Source of the DNA: Verrucomicrobiales bacterium
GTDB lineage: Bacteria; Verrucomicrobiota; Verrucomicrobiia; Verrucomicrobiales; V1-33
DNA: 23,220 nt
Assembly (NCBI GenBank): GCA_031411295.1
Contig: JANOAV010000047.1
Location: 1-23,220 of the forward strand
Reading direction: 5' to 3'
Shown: positions 1-7,990 of the stretch, one piece after another
Layout of the letters: each line of letters begins with the position of its first letter
How positions within the stretch are numbered: the first letter of the stretch is position 1
Notes under the pieces: model-generated
Told to the model about the DNA's origin: nothing
What the model saw: only the letters and a program-made list of their open reading frames with translations
The model's database searches: none
Position numbers and translations under genes: made by a program

Positions 1-5
1 GGCCG

Positions 6-229
6 GGTGGGCCCTGCGCTCCGGCGGGGCCTGCGGGTCCCGCTGGGATAGCTGCGATTTGATCCGCTAGACCGGTAAATTGTGAAAAGAAATTAAACTG
101 ACTAAACCCAGTAGCGGGAGAGCCCTTCCACTATGTAAAAAGGGACGCCCGCGTCCCGTGTCACCAACCCAAATCCCGGAAGCGAGGGCGCTTCCATCAC
201 AGAATCGGGAGCGGGGGCGCTCCTGCTAC
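6..229. repeat. Cluster of REP-like GC-rich hairpins downstream of the FN3 gene
   Basis: Hairpins: GGCCCTGC-gctccg-GCGGGGCC (10-31, one G.U pair); GGGACG-cccg-CGTCCC (142-157); GGAAGCG-aggg-CGCTTCC (178-195); GGAGCG-gggg-CGCTCC followed by TGCTAC (208-229), which reads GTAG + hairpin on the minus strand. GTAGCGGGAG at 111-120 is nearly complementary to CTCCTGCTAC at 220-229. Confidence 0.6.
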
Positions 230-933
230 GCTGGAGCCATCTTCACGGCTTCATCACTCCAGGGGCCTTCCCCGGCGGAACCCACGGCCCGCACCCGGAA
301 GCTGTATTCCTGACCGGGAGTCAGTCCGGTTAACGCAAACTTCGTCGTGGTCAGGATCTTGGCTTGGGACCAGGGGCCGGGGGTGGCACCATGCGTGCGG
401 CAGTCCAGAATGTAGCTCTTGGCTCCTTTCACAGAATTCCACTGCACATTGATTACTCCCGTCATCGTCCCCATCGTGGCTCGCAAGTTCTGCGGCTGCG
501 TCATGGCCCCGATTGGGGCTGGCTGACTGCGCGTGGAGAAGCCCGCACTCAGGATCTTGGTCTCATCCCCACTGCTGGTGATCTCCACAGAGTTAGCCCG
601 TTGCGTCAAGGCCACTTCCAGCAGCTCCCGCTGCGCGTCCTTTGCGCTAAAGGCCGCCTGTGCGGCCTTATCCTTGGTGTCGGCCTCCGTCACCGCCGCA
701 TCAAAGTCATCCACGATGACCAGGAAGGCTGCCGCAGCAGGTAAGGGGGCTGGGAAGTTAGCATTCCCGTTCATTGCGGTGTGGTGGGCCCGGGCAAAGC
801 CCAGGAGTTCTGCATCGGTTTTTTGCTTCAGTTCAAGTTTTGGTTTGCTCATGACACGTTTTATGGTTGCGGCCGGTGCCTGATCGTAGCGGATCCCGCT
901 GTCGAAACGATCTCCACTAGAATAGGTAGCCAT
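226..933 (-). CDS. Fibronectin type III domain protein with an N-terminal helical domain
   Basis: The C-terminal ~90 aa carry FN3 hallmarks (PQNLRA...INVQW...SYILD...LTGLTPGQEYSFRVRAVGSAGEGPWS). The N-terminal part is Ala-rich and helical. No signal peptide is evident. The leader before ATG is A/C-rich (ACAAAACAAACCAAACAAACCT) with no SD. Confidence 0.85.
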   Translation of the reverse strand: MATYSSGDRFDSGIRYDQAPAATIKRVMSKPKLELKQKTDAELLGFARAHHTAMNGNANFPAPLPAAAAFLVIVDDFDAAVTEADTKDKAAQAAFSAKDAQRELLEVALTQRANSVEITSSGDETKILSAGFSTRSQPAPIGAMTQPQNLRATMGTMTGVINVQWNSVKGAKSYILDCRTHGATPGPWSQAKILTTTKFALTGLTPGQEYSFRVRAVGSAGEGPWSDEAVKMAPA

Positions 934-1113
934 AGGTTTGTTTGGTTTGTTTTGTCAGCGAAAGCATTACAACCTCACCATGAGACTGTTGGCTTTCATA
1001 AAGCTATTCCGAAAAAATTCCCCCGTGTTACAAACATTCTGCAAAAAAATCCCAATACTCACACGGACCACGCCACCTAAGCTCATCTGCCACCCTGCTT
1101 GCCTCAGTCGCAC

Positions 1114-1344
1114 CCCAACTCGGAAACCCCATTCCCCGACTCGGAAACGTCATTCCCCGACTCGGGAACGTCATTCCCCAACTCGGAAACGTCATTCCCC
1201 AACTCGGAAACGTCATCCCCCAACTCGGAAACGTCATTCCCCGACTCGGAAACGTCGTTCCCCGACTCGGAAACGTCATTCCCCGACTCGGAAACGTCAT
1301 CCCCCAACTCGGAAACTCCCTTCCCTGACTCGGAAACGTCATCC
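1114..1344. repeat. Tandem array of 11 x 21-bp units, consensus CCC(A/G)ACTCGGAAACGTCAT(T/C)C
   Basis: Units start at 1114, 1135, 1156, 1177, 1198, 1219, 1240, 1261, 1282, 1303 and 1324 with no spacers. Units 1, 10 and 11 are the most degenerate. Confidence 0.97.
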
Positions 1345-1467
1345 TCCGAGTCGTGCCAATGGGAACCCTGGAACCATAACCCGTTGATCCTGCAGTAGAA
1401 CCATCGATTTCCCCGGTTCTCCCTCAAGGTTCTACAGTCGGAAACCCCGCCGCTCCCCGCAGTCCAG

Positions 1468-1714
1468 CGGACTGCGACCACACTCCCGCCGCGAAGGTGG
1501 CAGCAGTCGGCCCGACTGCTCGCCCGCACCCTACCCCCGACGCTAAAAGAGGGACTCCAACGCAGGTGGAATCACGAATGCTTCCTCTCAACCCACAATT
1601 CCTTGCCACCTCCCACGCCTCCATCCCGCAGACCCCTTCCGCAGCCATTGCTCCCGGCTGGGGACAGCCGGGACACTTTCTTGGGAACGTGTGCCGACTG
1701 TTCTCATTCGGCAG
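1468..1714. repeat. Second cluster of REP-like hairpins
   Basis: CGCAGTCC-agc-GGACTGCG followed by ACCAC (1468-1491; GTGG on minus); AGCAGTCG-gcc-CGACTGCT followed by ...CCCTAC (1502-1535; GTAG on minus); CCCGGCTG-ggga-CAGCCGGG (1653-1672); degenerate TGCCGA...TCGGCA (1692-1713). Confidence 0.55.
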
Positions 1715-1955
1715 CATCCCGCGGCCAACATGCTGGGGAGGAGGACTGTTCTGGAGCAGGGCTGCGGGGAAGGATTTACGATTAACGACTTAGAATCGAT
1801 GGATGAAACTGTAGGACTGAGCTTATTTACGCCGCCAGACTGGAACCTCTCTTGAATGCAGTAAACGGAGCGTAGCCGCGTCCTGCCCCTTGAAATAACT
1901 TTAACCGCAGTCTTTCCCAGACTTGAACTTTCCCTTGCCCTCGCCAAGGTGCGCC

Positions 1956-3038
1956 ATGTTTCAATTTCAAGACATCACCGAATACCTTTCTCTGACCCGG
2001 GAGCGAGGCGGATCTGACCTGCACCTCTGTGTGGACGCCCCGCCAGCGGCACGGATCAACGGGGAACTGGTTCCGTTGGAAACAACCGATCTGGATGCCT
2101 CCAGTTGTCGGGAATTAGTGCTGGCCGTGCTCACAGAGACGCAGCGCTCCCGCTTGGAGCGGGATTGGGAATTGGACTTCGGGGTAAACGTCGCCAACGT
2201 CGGGCGTTTCCGTGGCAATGCTCATTTCTGCCGGGGTCATCTCGAGGCCTCCTTCCGTTTTATTCCCCGGGAAATTCCGGATCTTACCTCACTGGGCCAC
2301 AGCCCTACCGTCGATCAATTCTGCCGGGAGCGTCAGGGACTTATTCTCGTGGCCGGCATGACCGGACAAGGCAAGACCACCACCCTGGCCGCCATGACCA
2401 AGCGCATCAGCGAAGAACGCTCCTGCGTCATCGTCACCATCGAGGACCCCATCGAATACCTCTTCGATCACCGCTATGGATTGGTCAAACAACGCCAAGT
2501 GGGGCAGGACACCCAGAGCTTTGCCGCGGCCATCCGTTCTGCGCTGCGTCAAGACCCGGACGTCTTGGTCATCAGTGAAATGCGAGATCTGGAAACCATG
2601 AGTGCCGCGCTCACCGCCGCCTCCACTGGCCACCTCGTCATTGCCTCCCTGCACACCATGGACGCCCCCAAAGCCTTCGACCGCATCATCGATTCCTTTC
2701 CTCCAGATCAGCAATCTCAAGTCACCACCCAAATTGCCAATGGCTTGGTGGGCGTGATTACGCAACGACTCCTCCCCCGCTTGGACAAACCCGGTCGCGT
2801 CATGGCCTCGGATGTGCTGGTCGCGAATCCGGGTATTCGGGCCGTGCTCCGGGACCGCCGCACTGAACAAATCCCCGGCCTGATGCAGATCGGCGGCAAT
2901 CTCGGCATGCACACCATGGACGATAGCCTGGGCCATCTGCTCGCGAACGGTCACATTTCACTGGAAGAAGCGCTCGCCAATTGTCGGGACCGCGATTTTA
3001 TTTTCGCCAAGCTTGACCCGCATCCGAAGAAGCGTTAG
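1956..3038 (+). CDS. pilT: Type IV pilus retraction ATPase, PilT/PilU family
   Basis: SDLHL N-terminal motif, Walker A GMTGQGKTTT, Asp box TIEDPIEY, SALRQDPD, Walker B region VISEMRD, His boxes TGHLV...LHT, AIRNLIRE-like GIRAVLRD, and GMHTMD. ATG 1956 is preferred over the upstream TTG. Confidence 0.92.
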   Translation: MFQFQDITEYLSLTRERGGSDLHLCVDAPPAARINGELVPLETTDLDASSCRELVLAVLTETQRSRLERDWELDFGVNVANVGRFRGNAHFCRGHLEASFRFIPREIPDLTSLGHSPTVDQFCRERQGLILVAGMTGQGKTTTLAAMTKRISEERSCVIVTIEDPIEYLFDHRYGLVKQRQVGQDTQSFAAAIRSALRQDPDVLVISEMRDLETMSAALTAASTGHLVIASLHTMDAPKAFDRIIDSFPPDQQSQVTTQIANGLVGVITQRLLPRLDKPGRVMASDVLVANPGIRAVLRDRRTEQIPGLMQIGGNLGMHTMDDSLGHLLANGHISLEEALANCRDRDFIFAKLDPHPKKR

Positions 3039-3079
3039 CCATACCCGTTCCTTTTCCCCATTTTACGCTAAATCCCTCT

Positions 3080-3781
3080 ATGAATTTTCTAGCCGATCAC
3101 TTTTGGAAACTTTTCTTTGTCGTTGGTGCCCTTGTTGGAAGCTGGTTCGGCTATGAACGGTATGTAAAAACGGAGGATTGGGAAGGGGTGCTGCAAAGCT
3201 ACAAAACTCAATTCAATGCGATTGATAAATCCCCCAACGCGAAGGACGAAAATTCCCAGGGAAACTATTGGAAATTCCTCGCCAGTCTTTATTATTTTAA
3301 GGAAGGCGTCACCAATGAGGAAATCAGGCCAATCGTGCCGAAGGATACTTCAGATGAGACCTCTGACCCAAACGCCAAGAATGCCATGGATTGGCTCCTC
3401 ACGAGTTTCGGCGGCTCTGAGCGCTCCACGCAAATGATTCTGGAGGCCCTCAAAAGCAACCTCCTCACCTGTGAGAGATTCAAGATCTTCTCCTCGGCCA
3501 ACCTCCAGCGGATGCAAAATGGGAAGGAACCCATCATCGAAACTGGCATCTGGCGGGACGAAGCGTTGGTGATTTCCCTGCGTCTGCCAATCTTCGCCAC
3601 TCGTGAAACCTGCCATCATCCGGCCAATTTCGTGTTGCTCCCTGAAAGCATAGCCGCCATCGAATCTACCGAAGTGGATGATCCCACCAAAGGCTTCGCC
3701 AGCAAGTTAAAGCAAGCCACCCTCATCAGCCAACGCGCCATGGATGGCGTGAACCGGCTCAACGAAATGGCCAAGAAATAA
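3080..3781 (+). CDS. Hypothetical protein with a single N-terminal transmembrane anchor
   Basis: 233-aa ORF with a hydrophobic segment (FWKLFFVVGALVGSWFGY) followed by a soluble domain. It starts 41 bp after pilT on the same strand. Confidence 0.8.
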   Translation: MNFLADHFWKLFFVVGALVGSWFGYERYVKTEDWEGVLQSYKTQFNAIDKSPNAKDENSQGNYWKFLASLYYFKEGVTNEEIRPIVPKDTSDETSDPNAKNAMDWLLTSFGGSERSTQMILEALKSNLLTCERFKIFSSANLQRMQNGKEPIIETGIWRDEALVISLRLPIFATRETCHHPANFVLLPESIAAIESTEVDDPTKGFASKLKQATLISQRAMDGVNRLNEMAKK

Positions 3782-3811
3782 GGCTGCCTGCATTTTTTCT
3801 TTTCAGCAGCC
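3782..3811. terminator. Possible weak hairpin just after the stop of 3080-3781
   Basis: GGCTGC(C)TG...CAGCAGCC arms flank a T-rich loop. The geometry is atypical for an intrinsic terminator. Confidence 0.25.
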
Positions 3812-3947
3812 TTTGGCGTGCCGGCAGCAGAAGCCCCCAGAACTGATGGCGCCTGCAGGTGGAAAGTTGCTCTATGAACACCGCAGATGACTGCGCATTG
3901 AACACGTGACTGGCCTCAGGGTCACAAACTTGACGCGCTGGAGGAAT

Positions 3948-3962
3948 TTAGAATAATTCTTG
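3948..3962. promoter_or_regulatory. Putative PerR/Fur-type operator (7-1-7-like)
   Basis: TTAGAAT-A-ATTCTTG with a perfect AGAAT-a-ATTCT core, an AT-rich island ~60 bp upstream of the Fur-family gene. It resembles the Per box TTATAATnATTATAA. Confidence 0.5.
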
Positions 3963-4023
3963 ATTTCCCCGCCAACTCCGCAAGGTATGGGTCAACCAAC
4001 GGTATTCTCCCCCACCCTACACC

Positions 4024-4479
4024 ATGACACCCTCCCATTTATACGACCTCGGTCCCGTGCTGCACGCGGACAAGGGGACTGATCTGCGGCTGACCCGCCA
4101 GCGGCGGGTGGTTTATGAAGTCATTGTGTCGCAACGGGATCATCCCACCTCTCAGGAGGTGTTCACGCGGTCCAAGGAATTGATGCCCAGCATTTCTCTG
4201 GCTACGGTTTACAATTGTCTGGAGGCACTGACCCAAGTAGGGTTGGTGCGCCAGGTAAACTTGGATCGCTCCCCCACGCGGTATTGCCCGAATCTCGAAG
4301 ACCACGCGCATTTCCATTGCGATGCTTGTGGTGCCGTGAGTGATGTGGCACTGCCTTCGTGTGTCAATTTTGCCGTGCCTGCGGGCGCGGTGGTGCGGCG
4401 GCAGGAAATCACCCTGCGTGGTCTCTGCCCAGACTGCGCCAGCCCGCCAGCGGACCCCAGTTTCCCCCTTCCAAACTAA
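4024..4479 (+). CDS. Fur-family transcriptional repressor, PerR-like
   Basis: [33 protein letters not shown] and GLCPDC (two CxxC structural Zn motifs), with Asp after the first CxxC as in PerR. Confidence 0.92.
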   Translation: MTPSHLYDLGPVLHADKGTDLRLTRQRRVVYEVIVSQRDHPTSQEVFTRSKELMPSISLATVYNCLEALTQVGLVRQVNLDRSPTRYCPNLEDHAHFHCDACGAVSDVALPSCVNFAVPAGAVVRRQEITLRGLCPDCASPPADPSFPLPN

Positions 4480-4484
4480 CGAAT

Positions 4485-5228
4485 ATGAGTCTAGAAATCA
4501 AAAACCTCCACGCCACGATCCAAGATAAACCCATCCTCAATGGCCTCACGTTGACTCTACCCAAGGGAGAAGTTCACGCCATCATGGGGCCGAATGGAGC
4601 CGGTAAGAGCACGCTTTCGAAAATCCTCTGCGGTCATGAAGACTACAGTGTGACTCAGGGCGAAGTCTTGATGGACGGAGTGAATCTCTTGGAAATGCCC
4701 GTGGACGTGCGGAGTCGCGAAGGTCTGTTCCTGGCTTTCCAGTATCCCTTGGAAATTGCCGGGGTGACGAATGCCAATTTTCTGCGAGCCGCCTTGCAGG
4801 CTCGCCAGCCGAAAGGTGCGGACTTCGATGCCGTGGAATTTTACGGTCATCTTTACAAGAAGATGGACAGCTTGGGCATTCCCCGGAATTTCACGGCCCG
4901 GAGTGTGAACGAAGGTTTCAGCGGGGGCGAGAAGAAGCGCAACGAGATTCTGCAGATGGCGATGTTGGAGCCGAAGTATGCCATCCTGGATGAAACGGAC
5001 TCCGGTCTGGACATTGATGCGCTGAAGATTGTGGCCGACGGGGTTAACGCGATGCGCTCCCCGGATCGTGGGTTCCTCGTGATTACGCACTACCAACGTT
5101 TGCTGGATTACATTAAGCCAGACGTGGTGCATGTGCTCAGTGCAGGCCGCATCGTGAAGAGCGGCGGACCGGAGTTGGCGTTGGAACTCGAGGAACGGGG
5201 CTACGATTGGATTAAGGATGCGGCTTAA
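4485..5228 (+). CDS. sufC: Fe-S cluster assembly ABC ATPase SufC
   Basis: [80 protein letters not shown] 4485 lies 5 bp after the Fur stop. Confidence 0.97.
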   Translation: MSLEIKNLHATIQDKPILNGLTLTLPKGEVHAIMGPNGAGKSTLSKILCGHEDYSVTQGEVLMDGVNLLEMPVDVRSREGLFLAFQYPLEIAGVTNANFLRAALQARQPKGADFDAVEFYGHLYKKMDSLGIPRNFTARSVNEGFSGGEKKRNEILQMAMLEPKYAILDETDSGLDIDALKIVADGVNAMRSPDRGFLVITHYQRLLDYIKPDVVHVLSAGRIVKSGGPELALELEERGYDWIKDAA

Positions 5229-5275
5229 TTCCCGCTTGTTATTTCTCTGCTCCCAGTCGAATCCCCCACCTCAAT

Positions 5276-5866
5276 ATGAAGGAACTCAGCGATCAAATTT
5301 ATCAGTTTATCTATCAAGGCATCTCCCTGCGCACCATGGGACTGCTGGTAGGCGGCATCGTCCTGTTGCTCCATCTGTGGGCCCTCATCAAACCAGAAGC
5401 CACCAGAGAGTTCCTCAAGAAATTGCCGCGTAATCAAAGCGTTGGCACTTGGGTGCTGACCGCAGCGTTTATCCTTGGGGTGGTCGTGGCCACCTCGATG
5501 GATCTCGGGGACTTCGCCCGGTTGCGTTACATTGCCCAGATCGCGCTGCCCGTGATGTTCCTGTGCTTGTTGTTCTATTGCAACGATTACCTTGGCGCTC
5601 GCAGCCTGGGGATTTTCCTGCTGTTGGCGGCTTGCCCGATTTTGAACGCGGCGTTCCTCCAACCACCCGCCACGCGGGTGCTCCTCTCCGGAATCACCTA
5701 TGTTTGGATTCTGCTGGCGCTCTTCTGGGTGGGCATGCCATTTACGATGCGAGATCAAATCGCCTGGATCACCCAATCCCCCGCACGGCAGAAACTCGCA
5801 GCCTTGGCGGGCGTGGTTTATGGTGCCGCTCTGCTGACTTGTGCTGTGGCCTTCTGGGGTGTCTAA
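5276..5866 (+). CDS. Conserved hypothetical integral membrane protein (~6 TM)
   Basis: 196-aa ORF with multiple hydrophobic helices; includes DYLGARSLG and LFWVGMPFTMRD segments. Confidence 0.8.
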   Translation: MKELSDQIYQFIYQGISLRTMGLLVGGIVLLLHLWALIKPEATREFLKKLPRNQSVGTWVLTAAFILGVVVATSMDLGDFARLRYIAQIALPVMFLCLLFYCNDYLGARSLGIFLLLAACPILNAAFLQPPATRVLLSGITYVWILLALFWVGMPFTMRDQIAWITQSPARQKLAALAGVVYGAALLTCAVAFWGV

Positions 5867-5975
5867 CCCGTTGCTTCCGCCCCCTCCTTGTCGCATGTTC
5901 ATGCGAGCGCCAGCGCCCGTAGTTGCGGCCCAGAGAGCGATTGATGGTTTTTCATTTGCGGGCGTCTCTTGTGAG

Positions 5976-5991
5976 TGGCAAGGACGTAGCT
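5976..5991 (+). promoter_or_regulatory. Weak sigma54-like -24/-12 element
   Basis: TGGCAAGGACGTAGCT has GG-N10-GC spacing 50 bp upstream of the 6041 ATG, but the -12 element is TAGC rather than TTGC. Confidence 0.25.
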
Positions 5992-6040
5992 CTCTACGAC
6001 ATCTTGTCACCACTCCCCCCTTACCAGAATAAACTAACGT

Positions 6041-6712
6041 ATGCTTTCACACTTTGCGTTGTTTCGTAAACTCCCCCTACTTGCGGCCATCGGCGGCAGC
6101 CTCACTCTGTTAGGCGCATGCAAGAAAGCCTTGCCTGATCGCACGGAGATTACCGAGACTCGGCCCACCTTCAGTTCGGAGGCCCCTATTCCTGAATCCT
6201 CTGATTCCATGCAGCGACTTGGCTTCGGGGCCCAGACGCAATTTCGCTGGACCACCCCTCCTACTTGGCTGCTTGCACCCGGAACCCAGATGCGGCAGCT
6301 AAACTTCAGCTTCGGCCCGAACCGTGAAGGGGAATGCTACATGTCCATGACTAAGGGACGGGAAGGTTCCACCGTGGATGAAATCAGCCGCTGGCGCAAG
6401 CAAATGGGGCAACCGGCTGTGGACGCAACTGACATTGAGGCGTTGCCTAAACTTGATTTACTCAAACGCCCCTGCCCTCTGGTGAAGTTGGAAGGAGCCT
6501 ACACCCCGGCAGCCGGGATGGCCATGGGGGCGTTACCCAGCGCGCCTAGAGCAGACTTCGGCCTGCTGGGAGTCGTCCTCGAAGTCCCGGCCATGCAAGC
6601 CGTGCTCACTGTAAAAATGGTGGGCCCCAAGGCGCTCGTGCAGCAGGAAGAAGCCAATTTTACATCGTTCGTTACCAGTCTTACTCCCGTCGTCGCGCCG
6701 GAGACACCGTAA
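6041..6712 (+). CDS. Lipoprotein, first gene of the cytochrome c maturation operon
   Basis: Signal peptide with lipobox LGAC. Contains W..P..W, EISRWRKQMG and TVKMVGP motifs. Ends 27 bp before the ResB-like gene. Confidence 0.8.
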   Translation: MLSHFALFRKLPLLAAIGGSLTLLGACKKALPDRTEITETRPTFSSEAPIPESSDSMQRLGFGAQTQFRWTTPPTWLLAPGTQMRQLNFSFGPNREGECYMSMTKGREGSTVDEISRWRKQMGQPAVDATDIEALPKLDLLKRPCPLVKLEGAYTPAAGMAMGALPSAPRADFGLLGVVLEVPAMQAVLTVKMVGPKALVQQEEANFTSFVTSLTPVVAPETP

Positions 6713-6739
6713 CCCATTTCCACTCTTCCTTCCCGACTC

Positions 6740-7990
6740 ATGTCTGAAATTTCCCCTTCCACCTCCGCCAAGCAAGCACCTTCAGGGGTGTTGGGCCTGC
6801 TGCATCGGCTCTGGCGCCTCGCTTCCTCCGTTAGTCTCTGTGTCGTCCTTCTGCTGTGGCTGACGGTCCTGACACTGCTCGGGACTTTCAGCCAGACCGA
6901 GATCGGACTTTACGATTCGCAGGCGAAATATTTTGATAGCATCTTCTTCCGCGAGGAGCTTTGGGGGATCCCGCTCTACTTGCCTGGTGCCTATCTCGTC
7001 CTCGCCATCCTATTCGTTAATTTACTGCTGGGCGGGTTGATTCGTTTGCGCAAGAAGCCGAAGAACATTGGCGTCTTCCTCTCCCACTGCTCGATCCTGC
7101 TTCTCATCGTGGCGGGCTGGCGTTCGTTCCATGCCAAGAAGGAAGGGCACATGGCACTGCTGCCCAACGAGCAATCGGATTTGGTTCAGGCCTATCAAGA
7201 CTGGCAATTGGAAATCCGCGAGCAAGGATCGTCTGAAGCACTCGTGATCCGGGACACTAATTTTTCCGACTGCTCGGGCGGCAAGAGTCGGACATTTTTC
7301 CGCAATGCCCTTCCATTCACCGTCAAAGTTTCGGACTATGCGCGGAATTGTGAGATCGTCGAAGAGGGCCACCCAGACCTTCCTGCAAGCGCAAAGCGAT
7401 TGGATCGCTTTGCGGTGCTGCCTGGCAAATCGTTGCCCACCAACGAGGCAAACATTGCCGGCTTGGTGGTGGAAATTCGTGATGCCAACACCAACGATTT
7501 GCTTACTGAGGCGGTGGTCGGAGCCGTGCAGCGTGGACCAGGTCAACCCGAGCGCCCGCCCCTGGTGGTGAAGGTGAAGGACAAAACCTACGCCATTGAG
7601 TTGACCCGCGAGCGCTGGAGAGTGCCCTTTCAAGTGAAGCTGGATAAGTTTAATCTGGAAAAATACGAAGGCACCGAGAAGGCCAAATCCTATCAAAGTG
7701 ATATTACAAAAACCGATGCCTCAGGGGAGGAGAAACTTCGCATCCAAATGAATGAGCCGATGCGGCGGGCGGGCTACGTGTTCTTCCAAGCCAGCTTCGG
7801 CAAGGTTGCTGAAACGGCACCTTACTACACCGTCTTCGCAGTGGTCAATAACCCTTCGGATCAATGGCCCACCTACGCCTGTGTCCTCTCCGGCGTCGGC
7901 CTCTGCTTGCATTTCCTAATTAAACTAGCCGGATTCCTGAGCCGGACCTCCCGCAACCGCGCGGTCACTTCTGCCCCACCCACCGTATGA
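6740..7990 (+). CDS. resB: Cytochrome c biogenesis protein, ResB/CcsB-like (System II)
   Basis: Three N-terminal TMs (LASSVSL...LTLLGT), conserved His in GVFLSH, a large periplasmic region with PFQVKLDKF...Y...KSYQS...IQMNEPMR..GY.FFQASF, and a C-terminal TM. ATGA overlap with ccsA. Confidence 0.85.
   Translation: MSEISPSTSAKQAPSGVLGLLHRLWRLASSVSLCVVLLLWLTVLTLLGTFSQTEIGLYDSQAKYFDSIFFREELWGIPLYLPGAYLVLAILFVNLLLGGLIRLRKKPKNIGVFLSHCSILLLIVAGWRSFHAKKEGHMALLPNEQSDLVQAYQDWQLEIREQGSSEALVIRDTNFSDCSGGKSRTFFRNALPFTVKVSDYARNCEIVEEGHPDLPASAKRLDRFAVLPGKSLPTNEANIAGLVVEIRDANTNDLLTEAVVGAVQRGPGQPERPPLVVKVKDKTYAIELTRERWRVPFQVKLDKFNLEKYEGTEKAKSYQSDITKTDASGEEKLRIQMNEPMRRAGYVFFQASFGKVAETAPYYTVFAVVNNPSDQWPTYACVLSGVGLCLHFLIKLAGFLSRTSRNRAVTSAPPTV

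Noticed and set aside
1114..1344. CRISPR array
   Set aside because: The units are contiguous with no unique spacers, and there are no cas genes in the window.
938..1529. Four overlapping ORFs across the 21-bp array (938-1387, 1028-1342, 1099-1398, 1104-1529)
   Set aside because: They stay open because the stop-free unit length is a multiple of 3. Starts are weak and variation is not preferentially synonymous. Only the DVSELGN frame is kept, as a hypothesis.
3814..3828. GG-N10-GC element upstream of the Fur gene
   Set aside because: Poor -12 element (CAGC) and ~200 bp from the start; expected by chance in GC-rich DNA.
4359..4484. N-terminal extension of SufC
   Set aside because: It overlaps the Fur gene; SufC homology starts at MSLEIKNL (4485).
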